From an uncultured bacterium (GTDB lineage Bacteria > B130-G9), in NCBI GenBank assembly GCA_965372715.1, contig CBDVDH010000014.1, forward strand, positions 4,298 to 68,297: 64,000 nt of DNA, given 5' to 3'. This document shows, piece by piece, positions 47,897 to 57,456 of the stretch (the first letter of the stretch is position 1; every line of letters begins with the position of its first letter). The translations under genes were made by a program, and so were the position numbers. The notes under the pieces were generated by a model that did not search any database, was not told where the DNA came from, and was given only the letters and a program-made list of their open reading frames with translations.

Positions 47897-48970
47897 ATGG
47901 ATAAGACGGCGAGGCTCCTGAAGATGCTAGTCGAGGCGGAGGGCATCTCCGGCTTTGAGCATGACGTCAGAAGCATTGTTCAGGACGAGCTAAGAGGTGT
48001 CGGGACGCTTCGGACCGACCGACTCGGCAGCGTCATCTGCGAGCATAAGGGCGCCTCGTTAACGCCCAGGATAATGATCGCAGGCCACATGGATGAGATA
48101 GGTCTTATCGTCCAGCAGGTCACCGACGAGGGCCTCGTCAAGTTCCTCCCGGTCGGGGGCTGGCAGACCCGAAACATGACTGCCCAGAAGGTCTCCATAA
48201 GAACCCGGAAGGGACCAGTCGTCGGCGTGGTCGGCTTCACCGATCCGTGGGACGCCGACAAGAAGAAGTGGGATAAGGTCCTCGAGATGAAGGAGCTCTT
48301 CATCGACGTGGGCGCCTCAGTTGGCTTCGACGTAAAGGAAGAGCTCGACATTCGCCCCGGCGACCCGATTACGCCGGTCTCCAAGTTTGAGATCATGAGC
48401 AACACAAAGATGTATATGGCGAAGGCTTGGGACGACAGGATCGGCGTTGCGGTGGGGATCGAGGCGATGAAGCGCCTCGCCAAGAGAAAGCATCCGAATA
48501 CGGTCTGCGGCGTCGGGACAGCTCAGGAGGAAGTGGGCTTACGAGGCGCGAAGACGAGCGGCGCGGAGGTGAGGCCGGACGTTGCCTTTGCCGTCGATGT
48601 CTGCGGCTCATTCGACACCCCCGGCCACGACAAGGGTCGCGCCGACAGGGTCGGCAATGGGGTAGGAATCATGGTCCACGGCGGCGCTGTCTTCCCCAAC
48701 CCGAAGCTGCGCGATTTTATGATAGACCTTGCCGAAACAAAGAGAATCAAGCACTTCCTCGGGAGCATCCCCAGGGGCGGGACCGATGCGGGTCGCATCC
48801 AGATCGGCGGCACAGGCGTCCTGGCAATGTACATTGGCATACCGACGCGATACGGCCACTCTCACAACAGCATCGTCCACCGGGGCGATTTCGATGCGGC
48901 CGTGAGGCTCATGGTCGAGGCGTGCATGGCCCTCGATAAGGAAACTGTGGAGCGGCTGAGGACGTTTTAA
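47897..48970 (+). CDS. M42-family glutamyl aminopeptidase / FrvX-like peptidase.
   Basis: N-terminal LLKMLVEAEGISGFE and IMIAGHMDEIGLIV..., plus the GVGTAQEEVGLRGA block typical of M42/CelM peptidases. Confidence 0.8.
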   Translation: MDKTARLLKMLVEAEGISGFEHDVRSIVQDELRGVGTLRTDRLGSVICEHKGASLTPRIMIAGHMDEIGLIVQQVTDEGLVKFLPVGGWQTRNMTAQKVSIRTRKGPVVGVVGFTDPWDADKKKWDKVLEMKELFIDVGASVGFDVKEELDIRPGDPITPVSKFEIMSNTKMYMAKAWDDRIGVAVGIEAMKRLAKRKHPNTVCGVGTAQEEVGLRGAKTSGAEVRPDVAFAVDVCGSFDTPGHDKGRADRVGNGVGIMVHGGAVFPNPKLRDFMIDLAETKRIKHFLGSIPRGGTDAGRIQIGGTGVLAMYIGIPTRYGHSHNSIVHRGDFDAAVRLMVEACMALDKETVERLRTF

Positions 48971-49407
48971 GCCAGCTTGTTCGGCATTGAGTCCTGTCCT
49001 GCCTGGGAATGATTCCCGCCGATGAAAACCGCGCGGCCAACGTTTCGCCCCGGTTTTCCTCCACGACGGGTGTGACTCTAGATTCTAGGTAGATGATTTG
49101 CTGTCATCTCGACCGCGTTTCAACGCGGTCATATAGATGGCTCTCATTATATTAGCACCCGACTTCGAGTCGGGTGAGTTGAGGACGTGAGGCACAGCCT
49201 CCTCCCTCCCCAGAATCCTCATCTGATGAGAACGTAAGGGAGCGTTTTCGGCTCTCCAGACCCCACAGCTGAAGCAGTGGGTTAATACATGATAGCCTTG
49301 TGCATCGCCTCGGCTGAAGCCGGGCGATGAGGGAACTAGCGCATGATGCGCCTCGGCCCCCTAACCCGCGAGCCAGCACCATTTATAGGGGGACAAAAGC
49401 CAAGACT

Positions 49408-49491
49408 CGACGTTACCTACAATCCAGGGTCAAACCCGGCACGACCTGTGCCTTGCTGCCTTTCTCGCTTTCTTCCTTACATAATCAGCAG
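49408..49491 (-). pseudogene. Possible decayed remnant of the conserved small Cys-peptide gene family, downstream of beta-helix gene 49492..51123.
   Basis: Minus-strand frame reads KEESEKGSKAQVVPGLTLDCR-stop, weakly resembling KKEGHGYEPPRVLTLDNE of the intact peptides. There is no start codon. Confidence 0.25.
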
Positions 49492-51123
49492 CTAACGGAG
49501 CCGCATCGCCGCACGGCCGAGAGGCAGTTCGATCAACTTGAAGCTTATTGGAAGCCTCGCCGAAACCGGCCCGTGGGCCGTCCACTTGCCGCTGGTCTCG
49601 ATGTCAACCAGCCAGTAGTTGTAGGTGACGCCCGGCGCAGCGTCCATATCCACGAAAATGTACGAGGCGCCGTAGGCTGGGCTGCCTTCCGCTCCGATCA
49701 GGTTGCTTATCCGGAGGTAGTCGCTCGTGTCTGCAACATTCCTGAAGAGCATGAAGCCGGCGTTTCTGATCTCGGTCCCCGTTTCCCAGGCCAGAATGAT
49801 AGAGCCGTCGTGGGGCTTGGCCTCGAACGACACCAGCTCGATATATGTGCAGCCCCATCTCTTGTAATGATAGCCCATATCGACCCTGTTGATGTCGATC
49901 AGCGGGTTTGAGTTGTTCCGGTGATCGGTCGAATACTCAGTGTTCGTCGTGGGGTCATTGAATGGGTTTTCAGCAGGGCCGCCCTCGCCCGTGTCGATGC
50001 ACGGGCTGGGTCCCGTATGGCTCGTGTGATACAGGAAATAGCCGTCATACGGCATGTTCTCGAGCCCTATCTGGTGAAACTGAGGAGGCGAACTGATGTT
50101 GCCCTCGCCGTCCCAGTCACCCTGGATACAAGAGTAAGTGATGACGATTGAGTTGCTCGACTCCCCGTCTCCACCTATCTCGTCCGGGGAATCGCCCCAG
50201 AAGATAGAGTTCACCACTGTTGGCTCGCACTCGGAGTTCATGAAAAGTGCCCCACCGAGACCGGTTGCAGTGTTCCCCGAAAACGTGCAGTTCGTGATGA
50301 CAGGCGAGGCGTTGTCGCAGTATATGCCCCCTCCATTGCCGTCACATAAGTTGTCGATGATCAAGCAGTTGGTGAGCCCTACCGACGTAGAGGCGTTGTC
50401 GCAGTAGATGCCCCCACCGTCATCACCATCACCATCACCAGTGGCCGAGTTCCCTGCGATCACGCAATCCGTGAAACTCGGCGAGGAAGCGGAGTTGGAA
50501 TAGACGCCGCCACCGCCATCACCAATATCACCACCAGTGGCCGAGTTCTCTGCGATCACGCAGTTTGAGACGTCTGGCGAGGCAGAATCGTCGCAGTAAA
50601 TGCCGCCGCCACGGTCTGCAGAGTTACCGGTAATGCGGCAGTTCGAAATGGTCGGGGAGGCGTCGTTGCAGTAGATACCGCCACCAGCGTAACCGGCCCA
50701 GTTTGAGACCCAGTGACCGCTCCCATTCGTGATCGTGAAGCCATCGATGGTCACGTCGGTGATGCCATTGCAACTGATCACCCCGTCCGTCTGATTCGCG
50801 TCAATGGTTGTGTCAGGATGGCCCGATCCGAGTAAGGAGACACCGTCCCTCATTACCAGGGGGAACTCTTCGCCGTTATTGTCAAAGTCGTAAAGGCCAG
50901 GGGCCACATGAATCGCATCACCGGCCGTAAGGTCAGTATCTGCTAAAGCATCGGTTATCCGTTTGTACGGGGCCCCAGCCGTGCCATCATACGATGGCCC
51001 GGTTGCATCGTCATCAACATAAATATCGTCTCCAAAGGCGCCGGCTACCATGATCGCGAACATCATGACCATGGTGGCGAGCGTCAATCTAATCTCTCGT
51101 CGTGAATACATCTCTCTCCTCAT
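49492..51123 (-). CDS. Surface/secreted right-handed parallel beta-helix protein with a conserved C-terminal roughly 115-aa domain; array member 1.
   Basis: N-terminal signal-anchor. Pectate-lyase-like cap YVDDDATGPSYDGTAGAPYKRITDAL. GGGIYC rungs are repeated about 8 times. DMGYHY junction, then the C-terminal AWETGTEIRNAGFMLFRN...YNYWLVDIETSGKWTAHGP. Confidence 0.8.
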   Translation of the reverse strand: MRREMYSRREIRLTLATMVMMFAIMVAGAFGDDIYVDDDATGPSYDGTAGAPYKRITDALADTDLTAGDAIHVAPGLYDFDNNGEEFPLVMRDGVSLLGSGHPDTTIDANQTDGVISCNGITDVTIDGFTITNGSGHWVSNWAGYAGGGIYCNDASPTISNCRITGNSADRGGGIYCDDSASPDVSNCVIAENSATGGDIGDGGGGVYSNSASSPSFTDCVIAGNSATGDGDGDDGGGIYCDNASTSVGLTNCLIIDNLCDGNGGGIYCDNASPVITNCTFSGNTATGLGGALFMNSECEPTVVNSIFWGDSPDEIGGDGESSNSIVITYSCIQGDWDGEGNISSPPQFHQIGLENMPYDGYFLYHTSHTGPSPCIDTGEGGPAENPFNDPTTNTEYSTDHRNNSNPLIDINRVDMGYHYKRWGCTYIELVSFEAKPHDGSIILAWETGTEIRNAGFMLFRNVADTSDYLRISNLIGAEGSPAYGASYIFVDMDAAPGVTYNYWLVDIETSGKWTAHGPVSARLPISFKLIELPLGRAAMRLR

Positions 51124-51284
51124 TCACGCTAAGCGTTCTGTTTCAGTTTCGCAGTCTGCTATCTATAAGCGCACTCTCCTATGCGCCTCCTTCCGTCTTT
51201 ACGCTTGAGTCAACCTCAATCCTTCATCCAACCATTGCAGCTTCGGCCGGCTGGAAGTTCGCCCGCGCGAATCTCCGAGAGCAG

Positions 51285-51381
51285 CCCTACACTGGCAGGC
51301 TAGAAAGCCTACCCTACGCTGACAGGCTAGAAAGCCCGCCCTACACGTTCACGGCCTGGGGCGGGGCGAAAGCCCCGCCCT
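51285..51381. repeat. Two reverse-orientation copies of the 27-bp unit (ggcaggctagaaagccYRccctac) followed by the hairpin ggggcggggcGAAAgccccgccc.
   Basis: Reverse complement of the 26764-26868 tandem unit; a perfect 10-bp stem hairpin at 51359-51381. Confidence 0.8.
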
Positions 51382-51440
51382 CAGCCGCATAGTTCATCTG
51401 CTCGCTGCCGAGCCAGCGATTTCAGTTGAACATTCTACCG

Positions 51441-51632
51441 TTAGCAATAACTAGTTACTGAGCCGCCGAAGCCCGTGCACGAAAGGCTAGGCGCAAGTGC
51501 CGCGAGCAAAGTCTCGTTGTCTAACGTCTGAACCTTCGGCGGTTCATAGACGCATCTATCGTTCATGCAATTACCTCCATGGCCTAACGAGTTTCCGCTC
51601 TCCAGCATCCCTTTACTATTCATCGCGCTCAT
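51441..51632 (-). CDS. Conserved 63-aa Cys-containing small protein, translationally coupled (ATGA overlap) to the upstream beta-helix gene.
   Basis: MSAMNSKGMLESGNSLGHGGNCMNDRCVYEPPKVQTLDNETLLAALAPSLSCTGFGGSVTSYC. The C-terminal 35 aa are conserved with the 53689..53880 paralog. The SLSCTGFGGS stretch differs at 4 synonymous and 0 nonsynonymous sites between the copies. Confidence 0.55.
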   Translation of the reverse strand: MSAMNSKGMLESGNSLGHGGNCMNDRCVYEPPKVQTLDNETLLAALAPSLSCTGFGGSVTSYC

Positions 51633-53353
51633 CGTACTAAGGCCTCCAACTTTGGGAGCCTTAAGATGGGCTCAACGATGTTCGGGATTCTGGCGAACGC
51701 CGGGCCGTGGGCCGTCCACTCACCACTGGTGTCAATGTCAACCAGATAGTAGTAGTAGCCCGCGCCCGCCGCCACGTTAGCGTCGGTGAACGAGTAGGTA
51801 GCGCCTCCGACCGCATCGCCATCCGCGGCAATGAAGTTGCTGACTTTGTGGCAGTCACTGGCCTCATTGTCGCACCGATACACTAAGAAGCCGGCGTTAT
51901 CGATCTCGGTCGCCGTCTCCCATTTCACAACCACCTTCCCGGCATGAACCTCCGCACACAGCGAATCGAGCTCGATGTAGGTGTTGCCAAGGCACCGATA
52001 GTGGTAACCCATATCGATCACGTCGCCACTAGTGGAGCCATCTATGACAGCTGCAACATCAGTCGAGAACTGGTTGGGGGTCTTGAGCTCGCTGTAGCGA
52101 TTCGTTGCGACCTCGTTCCCGCCATCAATCACTGTGCTCGGACCCGGCGAATCCCGGTCAAGAAAGTACCCGTTGCAGTACGGATCTACATCACCGCCAA
52201 TGGACTCGAAGTATGGGTCAACTTTGATGTTGTTGGCACCGCCCGGATAGACGCCACCTGCCGTACCGTCGATGTCCGAGTAGTCGATGGTGAGGGAACC
52301 AACGTTGACGTAAACATCCCAGGTCGTCGCCTCGGCGTCGTTGTCCCAGATGATGTTGTTCTCACCCGTCGTACAACATGTGTCCCCGGCAAACAGACCA
52401 TAGCCCGTGTTATCGGCAATGGTATTGCTGTATAACCTGAGATTGGCACATCTCCCAATATCCACAGCTACATGGACACCTCCGCCATCAGACCTAATTG
52501 CGGTGTTTTTGACAATCAGATTGTTGAACAGCTCTGTCCCGTCTCCGTCCTGCTTCTTTTCTTCCTCGCCGGTAGCTGTTCCGTTGTTGCCAATCAGATA
52601 GATGCCGCCACCGTGCGCAGTCGCATAACCACCAAAGAAGTTGCTGGTTATGCAGCAGTGCTCTATAATCAGAGCGTTGGGCGTCTTCTCATCATCGTCG
52701 AAGGCGTCGGCCTCACGGACATAGATGCCAGCACCGCTTCCATACATGCTCTTGTTCCCGTCGATGATGCACTCACAGATGGTGCCGCCGCACCGCTCGA
52801 GGTAGATGCCTCCGCCACCGGCACCGCTAGTGGTATTTGCCACGTTGTTCTTGATGGTGCACCATTCGATCGTCAGGTCCTCGCACCACTTCGCGTAGAT
52901 GCCTCCTCCGTCACCGGACGCCGTACCATCCTGGATGCACAGATTCTTCATCGTGAAGCCGATCACAGGAGTACTGTCATTGTCGCCAATGATCGAGAAG
53001 ACGCCACCGGTGCCGCTTGGCTTGACTATTTTCTGCAAGACGTTTGCACCCACGCCCTGAAGCGTCACGCCGTTATGTGTAGGCGTGATCAAGATCGGGT
53101 ACTGGCCACCGCTGAACGAGGTCTCATCATTGTAGATCCCGTGCTTGACGTTTATCACGTCACCCGAGGTGTGCGCAACCGACAGGGCCTTGGTTATGTG
53201 CTTAAAGGCCTTGGCCCAATCCGAGCCGTCCTCGTTGTCGTCACCGTCGGTCTTCACGTAGTACTCGGTTGCTGCGAAGGCGCCTACGACCATGACCGCG
53301 AACATCACGAGCACGGTCGCAATTGTTAAACGTAATTGTCGGCTAAGATACAT
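51629..53353 (-). CDS. Surface/secreted right-handed parallel beta-helix protein with a conserved C-terminal domain; array member 2.
   Basis: Signal-anchor MYLSRQLRLTIATVLVMFAVMVVGAFA; GGGIY rungs; DMGYHYRCLGNTYIEL..KWETATEIDNAGFLVYR..YYYYLVDIDTSGEWTAHGP. Confidence 0.8.
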   Translation of the reverse strand: MYLSRQLRLTIATVLVMFAVMVVGAFAATEYYVKTDGDDNEDGSDWAKAFKHITKALSVAHTSGDVINVKHGIYNDETSFSGGQYPILITPTHNGVTLQGVGANVLQKIVKPSGTGGVFSIIGDNDSTPVIGFTMKNLCIQDGTASGDGGGIYAKWCEDLTIEWCTIKNNVANTTSGAGGGGIYLERCGGTICECIIDGNKSMYGSGAGIYVREADAFDDDEKTPNALIIEHCCITSNFFGGYATAHGGGIYLIGNNGTATGEEEKKQDGDGTELFNNLIVKNTAIRSDGGGVHVAVDIGRCANLRLYSNTIADNTGYGLFAGDTCCTTGENNIIWDNDAEATTWDVYVNVGSLTIDYSDIDGTAGGVYPGGANNIKVDPYFESIGGDVDPYCNGYFLDRDSPGPSTVIDGGNEVATNRYSELKTPNQFSTDVAAVIDGSTSGDVIDMGYHYRCLGNTYIELDSLCAEVHAGKVVVKWETATEIDNAGFLVYRCDNEASDCHKVSNFIAADGDAVGGATYSFTDANVAAGAGYYYYLVDIDTSGEWTAHGPAFARIPNIVEPILRLPKLEALVR

Positions 53354-53688
53354 CTCTTTTTTTCCTCCTATTTTTCTCTCAGCCTACTAAAGTTAGTGTC
53401 CTTCTCACTCCTGCGGCGAGGCTTCCTCGCGCCAGGCATGCTCTGGGCGATGAACCGCCGCAGAGAGGACACGATTGTGAATTTCACTCCCTATGCTTCC
53501 TCCTTTCTTCGTTTTCTCGGCCATTTTGATGCAAGCAGAACACGTGCGGCGTTTTCAGCGCTTGCGTTCCTGAAAGCGCCAGGTTTTGAGTTTGCCCGTC
53601 TCATCGCCTCCCTAATCTCTAAGAACTTGCGTTAAGATGTTCTCAATGTCCCTAATAAGCCTAATAGAGAGTTCTCTGCGCTCAGCAG

Positions 53689-53880
53689 TTAGCACTTAAC
53701 AGAGCCGCCAAAACCCGTGCAGGACAAGCTGGGCCCAAGCACGGTTGTCAGCATCTCGTTATCCAGCGTCAGAACCCTGGGCGGCTCGTAGCCGTGCCCT
53801 TCTTTCTTCATAGAAGCGCCTCCTAAATGAAATGAATCCGTATTATTCAGACCTTGGTTGTCGGGTAGAATCATTCTCAT
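53689..53880 (-). CDS. Conserved 63-aa Cys-containing small protein (start at the Met giving an ATGA overlap with the upstream beta-helix gene). The longer ORF to 53895 is an alternative.
   Basis: MRMILPDNQGLNNTDSFHLGGASMKKEGHGYEPPRVLTLDNEMLTTVLGPSLSCTGFGGSVKC. It has the same length and the same coupling geometry as 51441..51632. Confidence 0.55.
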   Translation of the reverse strand: MRMILPDNQGLNNTDSFHLGGASMKKEGHGYEPPRVLTLDNEMLTTVLGPSLSCTGFGGSVKC

Positions 53881-55829
53881 CTGACCGCCCTCCAATGGAC
53901 GAGCTCGCGCTCAATCCTGATAGGCTCAACGAGAACCGGGACCCTCGCAAAGGCCGGCCCGTGCGCCGTCCACTTGCCGCTTGTGTCAATGTCAACCAAC
54001 CAATACTCGTAATGAGCTCCCTGCCCGACATCCTCATCGACGAAGCTGTAGGAGGCGCCGGACGCGGCCGTTCCTTCGGCGCCGATCAGGCCGCTTATGC
54101 AGCAATAGTCCTGAAGACCAGCGTCAGAGCGGTAGATCACGAACCCAGCGTTGTCTATCTCGGTCCCTGTCTCCCAGCTCAAGACAACGTCGCCTCTTGA
54201 GGCGCGAGCCGTGAACGACGCCAGCTGCACGTAGCTTGCCCCAAACGTGCGATAGTGGTAGCCCATGTCCATCTCATCACCACCGCAGGGATATTCGACG
54301 GAGGGCTTGTTAGACCCATCATAATAGCCTCGAACGTCGGTCGTGAAGGGATTCGTGTCCATGATCTCCGCTGGGTGATAGGTCTTCGCGCTGTCAGAAG
54401 TGCCAGAATCTATGGGGCTCACAGCTGCTGGGGGTCGCTCAAGGAAATAGCGCTGGCATATCACCTCATAGTCGCCGTAGTGCTCAAACAGAGGGTCTTC
54501 GCAGATGTTGTGGCTTTTCCCATCAGTGTCGTCCTGGCCCGGATAGGCACTCCCCTCATAGCAGATGTCGGAGTACATGACGTCGGCCTCACCCTCGTAG
54601 CCATCATCTCGGAAGGCCTCGCAGTCGTCCTCCACATCACCGTCTGGCCAGAAAATGTTATTTCTGCCTTTGAAGGTGATGTTCTTACAGTTCTGACTCA
54701 TATAGACTTCGTAGCCGGCGTTGTCCGTGACTGTCACGTTGTAGAAACTGAAAAGCGGGTAGCCCCAGCTGCACATATAGGCGCCGCCGCCCTCGTAGCC
54801 TTCGCCCCTCTCACGGTAGTAATTGCCGTCGTGGTCGTCGACTCCGCCAATGCTGTTCTCAACGATGAGATCGTTGAACACGATGTGTTCGATCTGGCCG
54901 CTAAGAGTATAGTCAAACATGTACAGCCCCGCGCCTCTACTGGCCGTGTTGGTGTGGATGCACGTGTGCTTAATCAGCGCCGGCGCGTAGTTTGAGCATA
55001 TTCCGCCGCCTCCCATGCCAGTTACGTTGTCGTGGATGAGGCAGTTGTCGATTGTAGTGATCGGCTCGATGCCGGTGTAACAATCACGAAGATAGATGCC
55101 GCCGCCCCCGGCCAAGCCAGGTGGATCCTGAGTGCCCCAGTCACACCAGGTTGGCGTATCTCCGTCCCGGGACGCATAGCTACCTTTGGCATCATTTCCG
55201 GTGATCTCGCAGTCCTTGATGAGCAGGTTGGTCGCTAGGTAACAGTAGATGCCGCCGCCATTTGCTTCCGCATAATCGCTGTCATCTGAGCCGGTGACAT
55301 AGCCGCCGGTGATCGTGAAGCCCTCAAGAACGAAGTCATCAAGAGTGCAGTCATCCTTAATGCCCGCAAGCGTGAGAACTCGCCTCTTGTTGCTGTCGCT
55401 GCCCTCTGCGTCGAGAATCGTCATACCCATTCCCGCTCCTAGCAGTTTAATCCCGTCGTGGGAGCAACCTATCGAGATCGGGAATGTCTCGTTTGTCGCG
55501 GTTGGGCTGTAGATCCCAGCCTTAATGTGGATAACATCTCCTGACGTGGCCTTGCCCAGAGCGTATTCGATCGTTCTCCAGGCTTTAGGCCAGCTCAGGC
55601 CGTCGAAGCTCACAAGGTCCTGGCCGTCCGTCTTGACGTGATAATCCTCCGCATAGGCGCCGACCACAGCTACGAGCAACATGGTCAATACCGTCGCGCC
55701 GGTTATCACTATCTCCATACGAATTCGCATACATCTCCTCCATTCGTATTGTTGCACAGCGCGGCTTAAAACAAGGTATCTTTCAGACATGATCTTTATT
55801 GTTAACCCACGACATCGCAAATCCCTCAT
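53877..55829 (-). CDS. Surface/secreted right-handed parallel beta-helix protein with a conserved C-terminal domain; array member 3.
   Basis: Signal-anchor; cap YHVKTDGQDLVSFDGLSWPKAWRTIEYAL; GGGIY/GGGIC rungs; DMGYHYRTFGASYVQL..SWETGTEIDNAGFVIYR..YEYWLVDIDTSGKWTAHGP. Confidence 0.8.
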   Translation of the reverse strand: MRDLRCRGLTIKIMSERYLVLSRAVQQYEWRRCMRIRMEIVITGATVLTMLLVAVVGAYAEDYHVKTDGQDLVSFDGLSWPKAWRTIEYALGKATSGDVIHIKAGIYSPTATNETFPISIGCSHDGIKLLGAGMGMTILDAEGSDSNKRRVLTLAGIKDDCTLDDFVLEGFTITGGYVTGSDDSDYAEANGGGIYCYLATNLLIKDCEITGNDAKGSYASRDGDTPTWCDWGTQDPPGLAGGGGIYLRDCYTGIEPITTIDNCLIHDNVTGMGGGGICSNYAPALIKHTCIHTNTASRGAGLYMFDYTLSGQIEHIVFNDLIVENSIGGVDDHDGNYYRERGEGYEGGGAYMCSWGYPLFSFYNVTVTDNAGYEVYMSQNCKNITFKGRNNIFWPDGDVEDDCEAFRDDGYEGEADVMYSDICYEGSAYPGQDDTDGKSHNICEDPLFEHYGDYEVICQRYFLERPPAAVSPIDSGTSDSAKTYHPAEIMDTNPFTTDVRGYYDGSNKPSVEYPCGGDEMDMGYHYRTFGASYVQLASFTARASRGDVVLSWETGTEIDNAGFVIYRSDAGLQDYCCISGLIGAEGTAASGASYSFVDEDVGQGAHYEYWLVDIDTSGKWTAHGPAFARVPVLVEPIRIERELVHWRAVR

Positions 55830-56655
55830 CCGTCATGGCGTTGAGACCTGCCACGCGTGCTCTGCGTTCAGTTATTATGTGAGAGCAAACTGGATGGTTT
55901 TCTCGATATCGCCTCCTTTCTCTTCAAAGATTCTTGCTATCAATACGAGGAGGCGCGTTTAGCCCGGCCACAGCGGCGCAGACCGTATCGAAATGACCTA
56001 ATCCGATGCAGTTGCCCTCGCCTCGAGTGGTGTGGACCTTCTGCCAGTCTCGCAGCATACGAAATCTTTGCTCCGCTAACATCCGGGAGACTCTTGCGGA
56101 GAGAATGGGGAATGACCGGTTGGCCAAACTGGAAAGGAGGTAGGAAACAACTAAATCAGTGAGTTCCTACTACCTTTCTAACCGCTTCTCCGCTTCTCCC
56201 AAGTTAAAGGGAAACTCTTTTAATATACTCTTACAAAGCAACCATAGTGCCTCGGGATCCATTTGTCAAGTGTTTTTTTCAAATTGTATCAAGAGACGCT
56301 CTACGAGTGAATCTGAATCGGCCGGAATCCGCCTTCCAGTAAGCACTTCGGAGCGAAAGTAAATCCTCAAAAAAAGATTCAATAATAGACCCATTGTTGA
56401 CAAATCGGACTGATCTGCTCGCCTAACAATTACACGCATTTTTCAAGTTGACCCGGTTTGCTTATCGGATTTCGTGTTGAATTGGCTGAAGGGGAATAAC
56501 AACAGTAGCCGTAGGCCCGGGCAAGAGGCCAAGCCTACGGATTAGCTGTTTCCGCAATGGGGAAACTCCTCCTTGCCGATCTTGACTAGGCCTTTGCCAA
56601 TCGCTACTGTAACCAATCTAATTCGACGCCGCAGACGGCGCCAATCTAGGAGGGT

Positions 56656-57291
56656 TTGCTTGTGATTGCAGTGCTGGGTAATGAATCTAATAGGTTGAGC
56701 GGCATCCGCTCCTTCATTTCGATTGAGATACCTCAACCGATCAGAGAGCAGATGGTGCTTGCGCCTGAGCCGCTCAAAAGCGTTAGAGGCAAGTTCAGCT
56801 GGTCGAGCACCAACAACCTACACATTACTCTCAAGTTCCTGGGCGACTGCACCAGAGGACGGCTCGAGGCGATCTCCAAAAAACTTGCCGAAATCGCGGC
56901 CAGCCACGCGCCGTTCGATTTGAGCTTCGACGGCGTCGGCGTGTTCCCCGGGCACTCCGCTCCGAGAATCGTGTGGCTTGGCGTGAAGGACGGCTGCGAA
57001 CGACTTGTCAAGCTTGCCAGAGATGTGGCTGACTCAATGGAACAGATCGGTTTCAAGAAAGAGTCGCGACCCTTCAGACCCCACATCACGCTCGCCAGAG
57101 TCAAATACCTAAGCTCAAGGGATCAACTCAGGACCGCTATCGAGAGAATGCCAAAGGTCCATATCGACCCGATGAGGGCGAGGCACATATTCTTGATGCG
57201 CAGCCAGCTCAACCCGAAGGGCGCCATCTACACAGTCATCGAACGGCTCTGTTTCTCTGGTCAGGACGCTTCAGAGGAGGCCGGGCCATAG
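56656..57291 (+). CDS. thpR: RNA 2',3'-cyclic phosphodiesterase (2H family, LigT/ThpR). The true start is probably internal, around 56700.
   Basis: Two H-x-T-x motifs, HITLKFLGD and HITLARV, at the expected spacing. Confidence 0.75.
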   Translation: MLVIAVLGNESNRLSGIRSFISIEIPQPIREQMVLAPEPLKSVRGKFSWSSTNNLHITLKFLGDCTRGRLEAISKKLAEIAASHAPFDLSFDGVGVFPGHSAPRIVWLGVKDGCERLVKLARDVADSMEQIGFKKESRPFRPHITLARVKYLSSRDQLRTAIERMPKVHIDPMRARHIFLMRSQLNPKGAIYTVIERLCFSGQDASEEAGP

Positions 57292-57456
57292 TGACGTGGT
57301 CTCAGAGCCGCCCTTTCTAAGGGAAGAGCCCGTCTTGAAAGCCACAAACTGTGCCTAGGACACCCAACACGCTCAGGCCCGTTCGGGCGCCTCGTGAGGC
57401 AGCCCGTGCCGCAAGACTATCATCAACCTGATGCCGGACCTCGGATGACGCTACGG

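Noticed and set aside
51359-51381. Perfect hairpin ggggcggggcGAAAgccccgccc as an intrinsic terminator.
   Set aside because: There is no U-tract on either strand after the stem. It was kept as part of the REP-like repeat family rather than a terminator call.
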